Assembly (NCBI GenBank): GCA_000165345.1
Contig: CM000436.1
Span: 768,001-832,000, forward strand
DNA: 64,000 nt
Direction of reading: 5' to 3'
The notes under the pieces were generated by a model. That model was not told the origin of the DNA and searched no databases. It saw only the letters and a program-made list of their open reading frames with translations. The first letter of the stretch is position 1. Each line of letters begins with the position of its first letter. Below, in pieces: positions 33,620 through 44,273 of the stretch. Both the position numbers and the translations under genes were made by a program.

Positions 33620-33670
33620 ACCCCCCCCCACCTAAAGAGGTGGAATGCGGCGCCACATGTAAATATGTGG
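33620..33670. promoter_or_regulatory. Composite promoter block upstream of the CDKL kinase: C9 tract (G-box on the other strand), two short inverted repeats and GGCGCCA (E2F-like)
   Basis: C x9 at 33621..33629. Inverted repeat CCACCT-aaag-AGGTGG at 33628..33643. GCGGCGCCA at 33647..33655. Inverted repeat CCACAT-gtaaat-ATGTGG at 33653..33670. The block lies about 150-200 bp upstream of ATG 33818. Confidence 0.35.
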
Positions 33671-33817
33671 CTAATAAGCATGTATTTTAGGATATAATTT
33701 CTGTTAATGCTTCAATAATTCAATCTATTTGATTCATTTTATGAGAGTCTTGTCACAACATAAGTTTGTTAATGTAACTAATTACGTTTATCTCAGGGCT
33801 TTTCTTGTAAAGTAAAT

Positions 33818-35353
33818 ATGCAAGGAAAATGTACTCTTCATGGTTTAAATAGATACAAAACAATTTGCGAAATAGGTGAAGGTGCATTTGGGGTCGTTTT
33901 CAAATGCATGGATCTTGTTACTAACGAAATTGTTGCGCTTAAAGAGTTTAAAACAATCTATTCAGACGAGAACGAAAATTCATATGTTACAAAAAATTCA
34001 GCAAATGGTAAAGTAAATACAAATTTTTCTCATAATAAAATTCTAAGAGAAATTGCAACACTTAGGAGACTATATGGTCAGAAGAATATCATTCAACTAA
34101 AAGATTTTTTTTTACATGAAAACAGATATTATTTATCGTTAGAGTATTTTCCACAGACGCTTCTGCAATATTTAGAAAAAAGTCCCAAAGGGCTACCTAT
34201 AGAAATAATTAGATCAAGTATTTACCAGTTGTTAACAGCATTGAAGAAGTGTCACTCTATGGGAATTATTCATCGTGATGTTAAGCCTGAAAATATTTTA
34301 ATTAAAGAAATTGAGAAAAACATGAACTTGGAACTTAAGCTTTGCGATTTTGGGTTCGCAAGGTTCATTCAACAAAACAAAAGTTATTCAAATCAATTTA
34401 AAGATAGTTTGTCAAAATCAGTGGATAGTTTATGCGTAGCAAGCCGTCCACTTACAAGTTACGTTTCTACGAGATGGTATAGAGCTCCTGAGCTGCTCGT
34501 AAAAAGTACGGAGTATGGGCCTGGAATAGATGTTTGGGCAGTTGGTTGTATAATGGCAGAACTGATTGATGGAGAACCGCTGTTTCCAGGAACAAGCGAT
34601 ATTGATCAACTTTATTTAATAAGAAATACTATAGGAAAATTAGATAGTAAAAGTCAAGGCATTCTCGAATCAGACAAAAGGCTCTACGACGCGTACAAAA
34701 AACATTTTTATAATGGATTTATATCGGGGTCAAATTCAAGATACAACACTGAGTTAAGCCAATCAAGCGCAGTAATTCCTCCATACCAAATAATTTCAAT
34801 CAAAGAGAGGTACGAAAAAAAAGTTGATCTTATAGCGCTTGACTTTTTACAAAAATCTCTAACAATCGATCCGAAGATGCGGCCAGATTGTCAAGAGTTG
34901 TTGTTACATCCGTTTTTCTCCTCAATTAACGGGACTGAAGGCTTTGCTAAATATGAGCTGGAGTGCGCTTCATCTTCACTTTTAAATATTACAGATTCAT
35001 CGTCTAAGTCACTTTCATTGCCAATTTTTTTTGAGTCTTGTCATTCCTCCGCAAAACACGGAGGAAAAAATTATGATTGCGAAGACAATGATGGTGTAAA
35101 TAAGTTCTCGGAGAATTTTGATCAATCTTACGCAAAAAATAAGTGTGTCTTGAACGATGACAAAACCACTGCCCCTTCTACTCCGGACGATAAATCTACT
35201 CCTTTGCCACACAGCGGTATATTTTATAATTCAAAAATTTGGTGCGAAAAAATTTCACTCCCTAAATTTCCACACATTTTGCCACCCCCACCTAAAAATA
35301 TAAACAATTTGAAGAATTTGTCGAATATTGATACGCAAGAAAATATAAAGTAA
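33818..35353 (+). CDS. Ser/Thr protein kinase, CDKL (cyclin-dependent kinase-like) family
   Basis: GEGAFGVVFKC..ALKEF (subdomains I-II), HRDVKPENILI, DFGFAR, and ..TSYVSTRWYRAPELLV. The TxY-like T-loop context and the APE motif are typical of CDKL/MAPK-like kinases. Long low-complexity C-terminus. Confidence 0.8.
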   Translation: MQGKCTLHGLNRYKTICEIGEGAFGVVFKCMDLVTNEIVALKEFKTIYSDENENSYVTKNSANGKVNTNFSHNKILREIATLRRLYGQKNIIQLKDFFLHENRYYLSLEYFPQTLLQYLEKSPKGLPIEIIRSSIYQLLTALKKCHSMGIIHRDVKPENILIKEIEKNMNLELKLCDFGFARFIQQNKSYSNQFKDSLSKSVDSLCVASRPLTSYVSTRWYRAPELLVKSTEYGPGIDVWAVGCIMAELIDGEPLFPGTSDIDQLYLIRNTIGKLDSKSQGILESDKRLYDAYKKHFYNGFISGSNSRYNTELSQSSAVIPPYQIISIKERYEKKVDLIALDFLQKSLTIDPKMRPDCQELLLHPFFSSINGTEGFAKYELECASSSLLNITDSSSKSLSLPIFFESCHSSAKHGGKNYDCEDNDGVNKFSENFDQSYAKNKCVLNDDKTTAPSTPDDKSTPLPHSGIFYNSKIWCEKISLPKFPHILPPPPKNINNLKNLSNIDTQENIK

Positions 35354-35639
35354 TAACGATCCAAAAATAATAATGTAGACAGCCAAAAGGAATTAATTAG
35401 ATTTATATTATAAGCTGATATATATAGAATTTCTAATAATAAATACCACCAACTTGTTATAGTAGCAATCAGTTACTATTAATATTCATTCTCTATATTT
35501 TAGTTATTTTTTTAATTAATTGCGTAATTTGCCCATTCCCGCTGTGAATATTTGTAGTTTTAAATGCTTCTTAATGAGTTTTGAATAAATTACTTATTAA
35601 TGTTAATAGAGGCTGGTAATATTGGCCCTAGCTCTTACT

Positions 35640-38600
35640 ATGTCTAAAATTAGGTTCCAGAAAAGTCAATTATCAATTGAACCAGAACCTCCAAAAGAGA
35701 TAGATGAGGATCATCGCGATTTTTTAATTAAGGAGTCTAAATGGATGTATGGATGTTTCATAGATGAACACAAATGGAAAATAAAATCATTTAAAGCAGT
35801 TGCTCAATGTGCAATTAGATACCTTCAGACCAAAAACCAACGATTAAAAAAACGAAAAGAAGAAGAAGATAAACGTCTAAGGATTGTTTCAAAAAATATT
35901 TCAGTAAACATCAATAAATTCTGGAATAATATTTCTAAGATTGTGAGACATCGAAAGCTAAGCGAATTAAATAAGCTTTTGAGAATCAAGCAATTCGAAA
36001 AACTTGATAAACTTGTATCTGAAACTGAAAAATTTTATTTTGGGACTAATGAGGATTCAGGAAAAAAAACTCAACCAAATGATAAATACTGCAAAATAGA
36101 TTTAAAAAGTAAATCTGATAGTGAAGATGATCTCGAAACAGACAATTGGGACTATATTGAAAAGGTTGACAATAAATTAGATCTAGAAATGGAAAGTTCT
36201 GACTTTGATAGTGATGAAGTTAATGCTGAGTTAGATGAACTGAATAACGATGCAAGCTTAAATTTAGAAGAGTTGTACTTAAAGTATTATGGTAATCCTT
36301 ACGACAAAAAAAATAATTTAAAAAGAGATAAATCAGACCATGCTTATATTGGAGATGCAATAAAACGTAAAAAAAACGACTACTGTGAAGAGTATGTTGA
36401 AACCACTATTAGCAAACATATTGAAGAAGAGTTGGGTACGGAAAAAGAAATGAATGACACAGATAAAAAAAATGATTTTAGTCTGAAAGATGAATTTGAA
36501 ACATTGAGCAATGTTGCAAACACTCCAATTGATAAAGCTATTGCAAACCTAGAAGAAAAAAACAATCCACAAAATTGTTTGGAAACTAATAATGCTCTCG
36601 CAAAAGTTTCAATCGATCAAATTAAAATCCCTTTTCTTCTAAAAAATAATATGAGGGAATACCAAGTTGCTGGACTCGAATGGATGGTCAAATTGTACAA
36701 AAAAGGATTAAATGGAATCCTTGCTGATGAAATGGGTCTTGGAAAGACAATTCAAACTATTTCGCTCCTTGCATATCTTGCTTGCTATATGAAAAATTGG
36801 GGGCCACATTTAATTGTTGTACCTACCAGCGTAATGTTGAATTGGGAAATGGAATTTAAACGATGGCTTCCATGCTTCAAAGTTATCACGTACTTTGGAA
36901 CTCCAAAAGAGAGACAGAAGAAAAGGATTGGATGGAACGATCCTAATGCATTTAATGTATGTATTGCGTCATATACTTTAATTTTACAAGATGCACATAT
37001 ATTTAAAAGGAAACAATGGCAATATTTAATTTTAGATGAGGCTCAAAATATCAAGAACTTTAAGTCTCAAAAATGGCAAGTAATGTTATCATTTAATACT
37101 GAAAGAAGACTTTTGCTTACAGGCACACCATTACAAAATAACTTAATGGAACTTTGGTCATTGCTGCATTTTTTGATGCCTCATATATTCACATCGCATC
37201 ATGACTTTAAAACTTGGTTTTCCGACCCTTTAACGACTGCCATTGAAAATCAGCAGGTTGAAAATGAAAGAAATTTATTAAGTAGACTTCACTCTGTGTT
37301 GAGACCCTTTTTATTAAGAAGATTAAAAAAGGATGTGGAAAAGGAAATGCCATCAAAAATTGAACATGTAATTAAGTGTCCCTTAAGCAAGCGTCAAAAA
37401 GAGCTATATGATGAATTCCTTGAAAGTAAAACAACTCAAAATACTATTGCTGGCGGAGATTATATTGGCTTGATGAATGTATTAATGCAGTTAAGAAAGG
37501 TTTGTAATCATCCTGATCTTTTTGAACCTAGGACAATTAAGACGCCAATTGTTGAAAAAAAACTAATGATAAATTATTCATTTAGCTCGCTAATATTCTT
37601 CCCAAATATATGTATTACAATGTCATCTAATGTGCCTGGACTGGGAAAAAATATCTCGACAAATAATTACCTATATATCGGCAAAAAAACTAATAAGTCG
37701 AAATACACGACTCTGTTTGACAAATTAACTAATCACAGGTTTGTGAATATACCAAATATTTTTATTTTATACAACGAAATCCATATGAGTAAGTTTCAAG
37801 CACAATCACAATGCGAATTAACTTACAAAAAATGGACTGGAATGCAATCCTGTAATTACAACATAGAAAATTCATTGTTCAGCAAACGTACTATAGGAAC
37901 TGAGAATCTGTTGGAAATAAACCGTTTTATAAGAATTGGTCTTGATAGATTAGCTTCTGTTGAATTCAACTCCCCCTTAATAGGAATGGATTCAAAAAGT
38001 ACCGAGTACACAAAAGATGTTAATAAATACATACTTGACCACATTTCTAATAACAAGGTGAAAAATAAATCTAATAGTGTTATTAACTCAACAGAGAGTG
38101 TTTCTTTATTTTATAAAGAGGATAATCGAAAGATTGCATCCGAATGGAGACCTTCGTGTGACTACCCACATTTATTGGATGAATCGGTTCAAATATTTCA
38201 TTCAAATAAAATTAAAAATACCAATTGTGATAGTAAACCATGCATAAAATTTGGTTCACCATTCAATGTTGTTTATGGAAAAGATTGTAGAAATTTTATT
38301 TTTGATCAAATACAAAATAAGTTAAAAATGGTTGGTGAAAAAACATTTTCATTCTCAACTTTTCCTAATTTATTTTCAAATCGAAAAAAATCTTATAAAA
38401 ATACAGCTATATCATATAAGTCAATTGATTACAATACTCTCAATGAAATGAATGCTAAATTAATTAATTTAGAAATGTTTCCAAGCAAATTATTATTTGT
38501 GAAACCTAATTTTCGCAAGCAGCTCCCAATGTTATCACAATTCAACATGATTCTTGAGAGAAAAGTTATTTCAACAAATTTTTCCATTCCTATAGAGGGT

Positions 38601-39755
38601 AAATATTCATTCGTTAAAAATGAGCTTTTTTGCAACTCATATATTTCTTTACAAGTTGATAATTTAATCAATTCTTCAAATGCATATTTACATAATATTT
38701 CCTTCTTTAAAAAGTGTATTGTTCCTCCTAGAAGAATAATTGAGGATGATTGCGGAAAATTCCAAATACTTTCTCGATTATTACATAAACTCTTTAATGA
38801 AGGGCATAGATGTATCATTTTCACGCAGATGAGCAAAATGCTGGATGTTTTAGAATCCTTCATAAACTACCGAGGATACAACTATCTTCGATTAGATGGA
38901 AGCACTAAAGTTGATGACAGACAAAAACTTGTGAATAGATTTAACAGAGATCAACGAATTTATCTATTTATTTCATCAACTAGGTCTGGTGGGGTTGGAT
39001 TGAATTTAACTGGCGCAGATACTGTTATTTTTTATGATTCTGACTGGAACCCAGCAATGGATAGACAAGCAATGGATCGCTGCCATAGAATTGGCCAAAC
39101 AAGAGATGTAAACATATATAGGCTAGTTTCTGAATGGACAATTGAGGAAAGCATTTTTAAAAAGCAGCTCCAAAAGAGATTATTAGATGATGTTGTTGTT
39201 GATCAGGGCCGCTTCACTTCAGAGTTTTTTTCAAAAAACGATATTCAAAAAATGATTGGGTCAAGAAATCAGAATATGCTTAATTCTGATAATAACAGTA
39301 TTTATGTCACAAGGGTACTCCATGAAAGCTCAACTGCCGATTCGAATGCTTCAGCAAATTTTAATGACAACCAAAAGAAAGAATTTGAAGATGTTTTAGC
39401 TGCAGTAGAAGATTTAGATGATATTAATGCGCTGAAGAAATCTTCTAGAGAAATTGCCACAGAGAATGATGATTTTATTAATGAATTTGAAGAAAAAATA
39501 AAGCATAAGGTTGAATCAAACAGAACCCTAGAAAAAGACAATGTTGGTAATTTTAATCAGTATGACATAACTACAAATATCACGCTGAATAACTTACTCA
39601 AATATTGTATTGAATTTTTTGAAAGTGTGTCAGTTCCTCTAGATATTCAAAATGAAGTTGATTTATTAGAATTTCAAATTAATAATATTAATAGTGACAG
39701 CTCAATTGAAAATTCATTATCCGAATATTCGCAGGGTGAATTGCCATACGATTAG
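35640..39755 (+). CDS. SWR1: SWR1/SRCAP-type SNF2 chromatin-remodelling ATPase (HSA domain + split helicase)
   Basis: The track ORF starts at TTG 35622; the first ATG is 35640 (MSKIRFQ..). HSA-like N-terminus. ATPase lobe 1 ..LREYQVAGLEWMVKLYKKGLNGILADEMGLGKTIQTISLLAYLACYMKNWGPHLIVVPTSVMLNWEMEFKRW.. is near-identical in pattern to SWR1/SRCAP. A long insertion precedes lobe 2 (..LDGSTKVDDRQKLVNRFN..SGGVGLNLTGADTVIFYDSDWNPAMDRQAMDRCHRIGQTRDVNIYRL..). Confidence 0.85.
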   Translation: MSKIRFQKSQLSIEPEPPKEIDEDHRDFLIKESKWMYGCFIDEHKWKIKSFKAVAQCAIRYLQTKNQRLKKRKEEEDKRLRIVSKNISVNINKFWNNISKIVRHRKLSELNKLLRIKQFEKLDKLVSETEKFYFGTNEDSGKKTQPNDKYCKIDLKSKSDSEDDLETDNWDYIEKVDNKLDLEMESSDFDSDEVNAELDELNNDASLNLEELYLKYYGNPYDKKNNLKRDKSDHAYIGDAIKRKKNDYCEEYVETTISKHIEEELGTEKEMNDTDKKNDFSLKDEFETLSNVANTPIDKAIANLEEKNNPQNCLETNNALAKVSIDQIKIPFLLKNNMREYQVAGLEWMVKLYKKGLNGILADEMGLGKTIQTISLLAYLACYMKNWGPHLIVVPTSVMLNWEMEFKRWLPCFKVITYFGTPKERQKKRIGWNDPNAFNVCIASYTLILQDAHIFKRKQWQYLILDEAQNIKNFKSQKWQVMLSFNTERRLLLTGTPLQNNLMELWSLLHFLMPHIFTSHHDFKTWFSDPLTTAIENQQVENERNLLSRLHSVLRPFLLRRLKKDVEKEMPSKIEHVIKCPLSKRQKELYDEFLESKTTQNTIAGGDYIGLMNVLMQLRKVCNHPDLFEPRTIKTPIVEKKLMINYSFSSLIFFPNICITMSSNVPGLGKNISTNNYLYIGKKTNKSKYTTLFDKLTNHRFVNIPNIFILYNEIHMSKFQAQSQCELTYKKWTGMQSCNYNIENSLFSKRTIGTENLLEINRFIRIGLDRLASVEFNSPLIGMDSKSTEYTKDVNKYILDHISNNKVKNKSNSVINSTESVSLFYKEDNRKIASEWRPSCDYPHLLDESVQIFHSNKIKNTNCDSKPCIKFGSPFNVVYGKDCRNFIFDQIQNKLKMVGEKTFSFSTFPNLFSNRKKSYKNTAISYKSIDYNTLNEMNAKLINLEMFPSKLLFVKPNFRKQLPMLSQFNMILERKVISTNFSIPIEGKYSFVKNELFCNSYISLQVDNLINSSNAYLHNISFFKKCIVPPRRIIEDDCGKFQILSRLLHKLFNEGHRCIIFTQMSKMLDVLESFINYRGYNYLRLDGSTKVDDRQKLVNRFNRDQRIYLFISSTRSGGVGLNLTGADTVIFYDSDWNPAMDRQAMDRCHRIGQTRDVNIYRLVSEWTIEESIFKKQLQKRLLDDVVVDQGRFTSEFFSKNDIQKMIGSRNQNMLNSDNNSIYVTRVLHESSTADSNASANFNDNQKKEFEDVLAAVEDLDDINALKKSSREIATENDDFINEFEEKIKHKVESNRTLEKDNVGNFNQYDITTNITLNNLLKYCIEFFESVSVPLDIQNEVDLLEFQINNINSDSSIENSLSEYSQGELPYD

Positions 39756-39910
39756 CTATTGATTACAGAGATGTTGATTGTAAAAGCAAGATGAATATTA
39801 ATTAATTAAAAAGTTTTATATTACTATATATTTGTTTTTATTGCCATTAATTAGGCGCCTAATCATTCTACACATCTCATTTTTAGTCAAATACAATATT
39901 TTTTTTTTCA

Positions 39911-40615
39911 ATGAATAAACGACCAAGAGAATCTACCCTTTGGAGTGAATACTCATCCATATCTCTCTCAAGTATTGAGATAATTGATTCAGAAGTTAAA
40001 AAGGGGTGCATGGAATTCCGGAAGGACTTGTCTGAGCAGGTTACGATACATTTAAGAGAACGGATTCCATCCAAAATAGTTCAACTAAACAATCGAATGA
40101 AAATTTCTGATAAACCAGGATCAGTTTTATCTTCTGAGGAGTTAAAGCCTGTTAATAACGGTAATGGCAAAGTTTATTCGAATCTGCAGATTAAAGAACT
40201 AGTCGCCTATGTTAAACAGGAAGTTAGTGAGTTAATTGAAATGGTTAGTTCTATAAAATTATGGGTACAACTAAATATTCCCCAAATTCAAGACGGAAAT
40301 AATTTCGGAGTAGGAATACAAGAAGAGACTATCCAGGAGCTTGGTAGAGTTGAAGATGCAACATTTTCATTGTACGAAAGCGTATGTAAGTACTATTCTG
40401 AAAGGGCGAGGCTCTCATCGAAAATAATCAAATATCCCAACGTTGAGGATTATGTGGAAGCAGTCAGAGAATTAGATGAGAGATATTGGGTCTCATTGCG
40501 TTGCTCGATAGCTGATATGAGAAACAACTATGCATGGCTACACGACCTTTTAACTAAAAATTGGGAAAAGCTGAGTAAGCCTCGTAATTCGGAAGGTGCG
40601 AGTATGGTTTATTAG
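39911..40615 (+). CDS. Proteasome activator 11S subunit (PA28/REG)
   Basis: 234 aa. C-terminal region ..LVAYVKQEVSELIEMVSSIKLWVQLNIPQIQDGNNFGVGIQEETIQEL..SLYESVCKYYSERARLSSKIIKYPNVEDYVEAVRELDERYW..KLSKPRNSEGASMVY is collinear with PA28 alpha/beta/gamma (..IPxIEDGNNFGVxVQE.. and the C-terminal ..KPRG....MIY activation tail). Confidence 0.8.
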   Translation: MNKRPRESTLWSEYSSISLSSIEIIDSEVKKGCMEFRKDLSEQVTIHLRERIPSKIVQLNNRMKISDKPGSVLSSEELKPVNNGNGKVYSNLQIKELVAYVKQEVSELIEMVSSIKLWVQLNIPQIQDGNNFGVGIQEETIQELGRVEDATFSLYESVCKYYSERARLSSKIIKYPNVEDYVEAVRELDERYWVSLRCSIADMRNNYAWLHDLLTKNWEKLSKPRNSEGASMVY

Positions 40616-40913
40616 AACTATTTACAAATAATTCGTGTTTGACGTTTCTGCATTATAATTAGTATTTCAGCATTCCTATATAGGATTTATCTAGATAAAT
40701 TTTTTTCAATTTTTTTAAAAACTTTGTACGCCATTAAGCGTCTTCTGTCGAATTGTGAATTTTATAGTATTTAGCGAGAATAATTATTGCATTCGAAGAC
40801 AAAATAATATTCATAATAAATCACGAATAACTACATAAATATAAGCAATAAACTATTTATTCGATTTCTAACACATACACTGATTCCATTTTTATTATTT
40901 CTTTTTTATAGCA

Positions 40914-43900
40914 ATGGCAACTGATAAATTTAAGTTGTTTGCTGACTTCTTGAAAGACAAACCAAGTTTAAAACACGAAATGCCACTATCTTATAATCCA
41001 TCAGAAGTGGAGTCGCATTGGGACGCTATTTGGTGTGAATCAAAAATATATCTCCCAAATTTTGAAAGGGCAAGCAATCTACCTTTTGAAAATAAATTTG
41101 TTATTGCCCTTCCTCCCCCTAATGTTACGGGAAGGCTTCATTTGGGTCATACACTTACTGCAGCAATTCAAGATAGTTTATGCCGTTATAATAGATTAAT
41201 AGGCAAAGAAGTGCTTTGGATTCCAGGCACAGATCATGCCGGCATAGCAACTCAAACTGTCGTAGAGAGAATTATTCATCAAACAGATAACGTCACTAGA
41301 CATGATTTAGGAAGAGACAATTTTCTTAAAAAAGTTTGGGAGTGGAAAGAAAAACATGGATCTGCTATCTGTTCTCAATTTCGTAGACTTGGATGCTCGC
41401 TGGATTGGTCAAGAGAATTTTTTACCTTGGATGAAAACATGTCTAAAGCAGTGAATAATGCGTTTATTCAATTGTTTAATCAAGGGTATATTTTTAGAAA
41501 AACTAGACTTGTATCTTGGTGTTCATATCTCCGCACAGCCTTATCAGATATAGAGGTTGATCTATTAGAAGTTAACAAGCCTTCAAGAATTAGGATTCCA
41601 GGTTATGAAAAAACTGTCGAAGTTGGAGTTCTATGGCATTTTTCTTATCCATTAGAACAGCATGGCCAAACACATGAATGGCACTTCATGCCAGAAAACA
41701 TTACTAATATTGAAAAAATAACAGTTGCTACAACCAGAATTGAGACTATGTTGGGGGATGTCGCCATTGCAGTAAACCCAAAAGACAATAGATATAAATC
41801 TCTAATAGGGAAATATTGCTTACATCCATTTATCAAGGATCGTAAGATTATTATCATTGCAGATGAACACGTAGATCCAGAATTTGGAACTGGTTGTGTA
41901 AAGATTACCCCTGCCCACGATAAAAACGATTTTGAAATTGCATCTAGATATAATGAAAAGCATAAAAGCGAGCCATTATTTGAAAAACTCAAGTTCATTT
42001 CAGTATTCACTAATGACGGAAATATTGGCCCTGGTTTCGGAATTTTTTCTGGAATACACCGTTTCAAATGCAGAGAATTGGTTGAAAAAGAATTAGAAAA
42101 AATTAAACTACTAGTTGAAAAAACTCCTAATTCAAAAGCAATGCAGATTCCGATTTGCTCAAGGTCAAATGATATAGTTGAATTATTCCTTATTCCCCAA
42201 TGGTGGATGAACTGCAAACCATTTGCTGAAAAGGCATGCAAAGCTGTGAAGAATCATGAACTCCAAATCGAGCCCAAATTTCATGAACAAACATGGTTTT
42301 ATTGGCTGGAAAATATACAAGATTGGTGTATTTCTAGGCAACTTTGGTGGGGGCACAGAATACCTGCATACAAGATTATTTCAAGTAAATTAAATTCAAC
42401 AGAAGAAATTTGGGTCGCTGCCAAAGATGAGGAGACAGCGATTAAAGAAGCAATTCAAAAATATGGTTTAAGTGAATGTGACTTTCATGTTGAGAGAGAT
42501 AGCGATGTTCTTGATACATGGTTTTCATCTGGTTTAATACCATTTTCCCCTCTTGGGTGGCCAGATGAAGTTAACCAAAAAACTAAACTGAATGATCTTT
42601 CCACATTTTTTCCAACAACTCTTTTAGAAACTGGATCAGATATATTATTCTTTTGGGTTGCGCGAATGGTCATGTTGAGTTTTGCTTGTACTGATAAATT
42701 ACCTTTCAAAACTATTTATTTACATGCAATGGTACGCGATTCACAAGGAAGAAAGATGTCAAAATCACTTGGAAATGTAATTGATCCAATTGAGATCATC
42801 GAAGGTATTTCTCTTGATGATTTAAATAAAAAGCTTGATCAAGGAAATCTCCCTCTTCAAGAAATAAAAAAATCAAAGGAGAATAACCTTAAAGACTTCC
42901 CTGATGGAATTCCTGAATGTGGTGCAGATGCGCTTAGAATTGGTCTACTAGCTTACACAAAGCAAGGAAGGAACATTAACCTAGATACAAAACGTGTAGT
43001 TGCATATAGACATTTTTGCAATAAACTATGGAATGCTTGTAAATTTGCATTTGGTAACATTGAAAACGTTGCAAATCATATGAAACAAAACTTCGAAGCG
43101 ATAACGATTAACGAACTATTCTCAAACCATAGTGAAGACTTATTGTGGGAAGATTATTATATTCTTTATCGATTGATGGTCTGCATTAATTGTGTTAAGG
43201 AGTCATTCGATAATTTCTTGTTCTCAGATGTTGTAACAGCAACTTACAATTTTTGGCTTTATGAGCTCTGTGATGTATATCTTGAACTCATTAAGAGTAG
43301 GTTTAAAAATATTGAATCGTCATTTCGATATGCATACACAGCAGCACAAGTTTTATCTATTTGTATTGAGTACGGATTAGTGCTTTTACACCCCTTAACT
43401 CCATTTGTTACAGAAGAACTATATCAAAGATTTAAACAAGTAACACGATCTTCCATAATTAGTTCAATATCAACATCTGAATTCCCACAAATTTTCGTTC
43501 ACAATGGACTTATATCCTCCAGAGATCACGAATTTAAAAAAATGATGAATATTGTTACAAAGATACGCTCATTAACAGCTATACTAGGAATATCAAACAA
43601 AGACAAAATAAATATTAAAGTTCATGTAGTTTACAATGGAACAGATCTCGAATACATAGATCTCATTTCAAACGTTGCAGCCGCATTCGTTACAAAGCTA
43701 TCGCAAATAGGTGGAACAATGGTGCTTCTTAATCCAAGTATAGATGAGATTGATGAATTAAAAAAAAATTGTTTGCTAGACATTGTAGATGAAAAGACTG
43801 TTTATTATTTGAAGCCTCCAGAGTTTGTGGACTTATCTATAGCGCTTAAAAAAATAGAAAAACAAATTGATTCAAATGTTAAATCCCTTGAATCATACAA

Positions 43901-44042
43901 TAAAAAAAAGTCATCTTCATCATATGATAAAGTTCCAGAATCTGTTAAAAAGCTCAATGATGAAAAAATTGATCAGCTTGTTTCTACCATTGATGCACTT
44001 AGAGTCGCGCATTCAAATATAGAGAGCCTCATCAATCAATAG
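40914..44042 (+). CDS. VARS: Valyl-tRNA synthetase (class I)
   Basis: HIGH-type motif region PPPNVTGRLHLGHTLTAAIQDSL and KMSKS motif (GRKMSKSLGNVIDP). The editing-domain and anticodon-binding regions are collinear with ValRS. 1042 aa. Confidence 0.95.
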   Translation: MATDKFKLFADFLKDKPSLKHEMPLSYNPSEVESHWDAIWCESKIYLPNFERASNLPFENKFVIALPPPNVTGRLHLGHTLTAAIQDSLCRYNRLIGKEVLWIPGTDHAGIATQTVVERIIHQTDNVTRHDLGRDNFLKKVWEWKEKHGSAICSQFRRLGCSLDWSREFFTLDENMSKAVNNAFIQLFNQGYIFRKTRLVSWCSYLRTALSDIEVDLLEVNKPSRIRIPGYEKTVEVGVLWHFSYPLEQHGQTHEWHFMPENITNIEKITVATTRIETMLGDVAIAVNPKDNRYKSLIGKYCLHPFIKDRKIIIIADEHVDPEFGTGCVKITPAHDKNDFEIASRYNEKHKSEPLFEKLKFISVFTNDGNIGPGFGIFSGIHRFKCRELVEKELEKIKLLVEKTPNSKAMQIPICSRSNDIVELFLIPQWWMNCKPFAEKACKAVKNHELQIEPKFHEQTWFYWLENIQDWCISRQLWWGHRIPAYKIISSKLNSTEEIWVAAKDEETAIKEAIQKYGLSECDFHVERDSDVLDTWFSSGLIPFSPLGWPDEVNQKTKLNDLSTFFPTTLLETGSDILFFWVARMVMLSFACTDKLPFKTIYLHAMVRDSQGRKMSKSLGNVIDPIEIIEGISLDDLNKKLDQGNLPLQEIKKSKENNLKDFPDGIPECGADALRIGLLAYTKQGRNINLDTKRVVAYRHFCNKLWNACKFAFGNIENVANHMKQNFEAITINELFSNHSEDLLWEDYYILYRLMVCINCVKESFDNFLFSDVVTATYNFWLYELCDVYLELIKSRFKNIESSFRYAYTAAQVLSICIEYGLVLLHPLTPFVTEELYQRFKQVTRSSIISSISTSEFPQIFVHNGLISSRDHEFKKMMNIVTKIRSLTAILGISNKDKINIKVHVVYNGTDLEYIDLISNVAAAFVTKLSQIGGTMVLLNPSIDEIDELKKNCLLDIVDEKTVYYLKPPEFVDLSIALKKIEKQIDSNVKSLESYNKKKSSSSYDKVPESVKKLNDEKIDQLVSTIDALRVAHSNIESLINQ

Positions 44043-44273
44043 CATGTAATTACTTTTGCAAAAAGGGTATTGTTGCAATTAATTAATTAATTAAACAGAA
44101 TGAAAATAAAGCAAAATATGGCGCCTAGTTTATTTACCCCGCTCTCCCGTGGAGCGCACCATAAACATCAATTTTAGACTAGATAATAATAGTAATCGAT
44201 AAATTGAGAGATAGGAGGAATTAATCTTTTTTTTATATGAAATTGTTGTTTCTACACTCTATTTGTTAATAAT

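Noticed and set aside
44081-44096. (TTAA)4 microsatellite, and (GATCTTTG)x2 at about 23650
   Set aside because: These are trivial low-complexity AT-rich repeats with no surrounding element structure.
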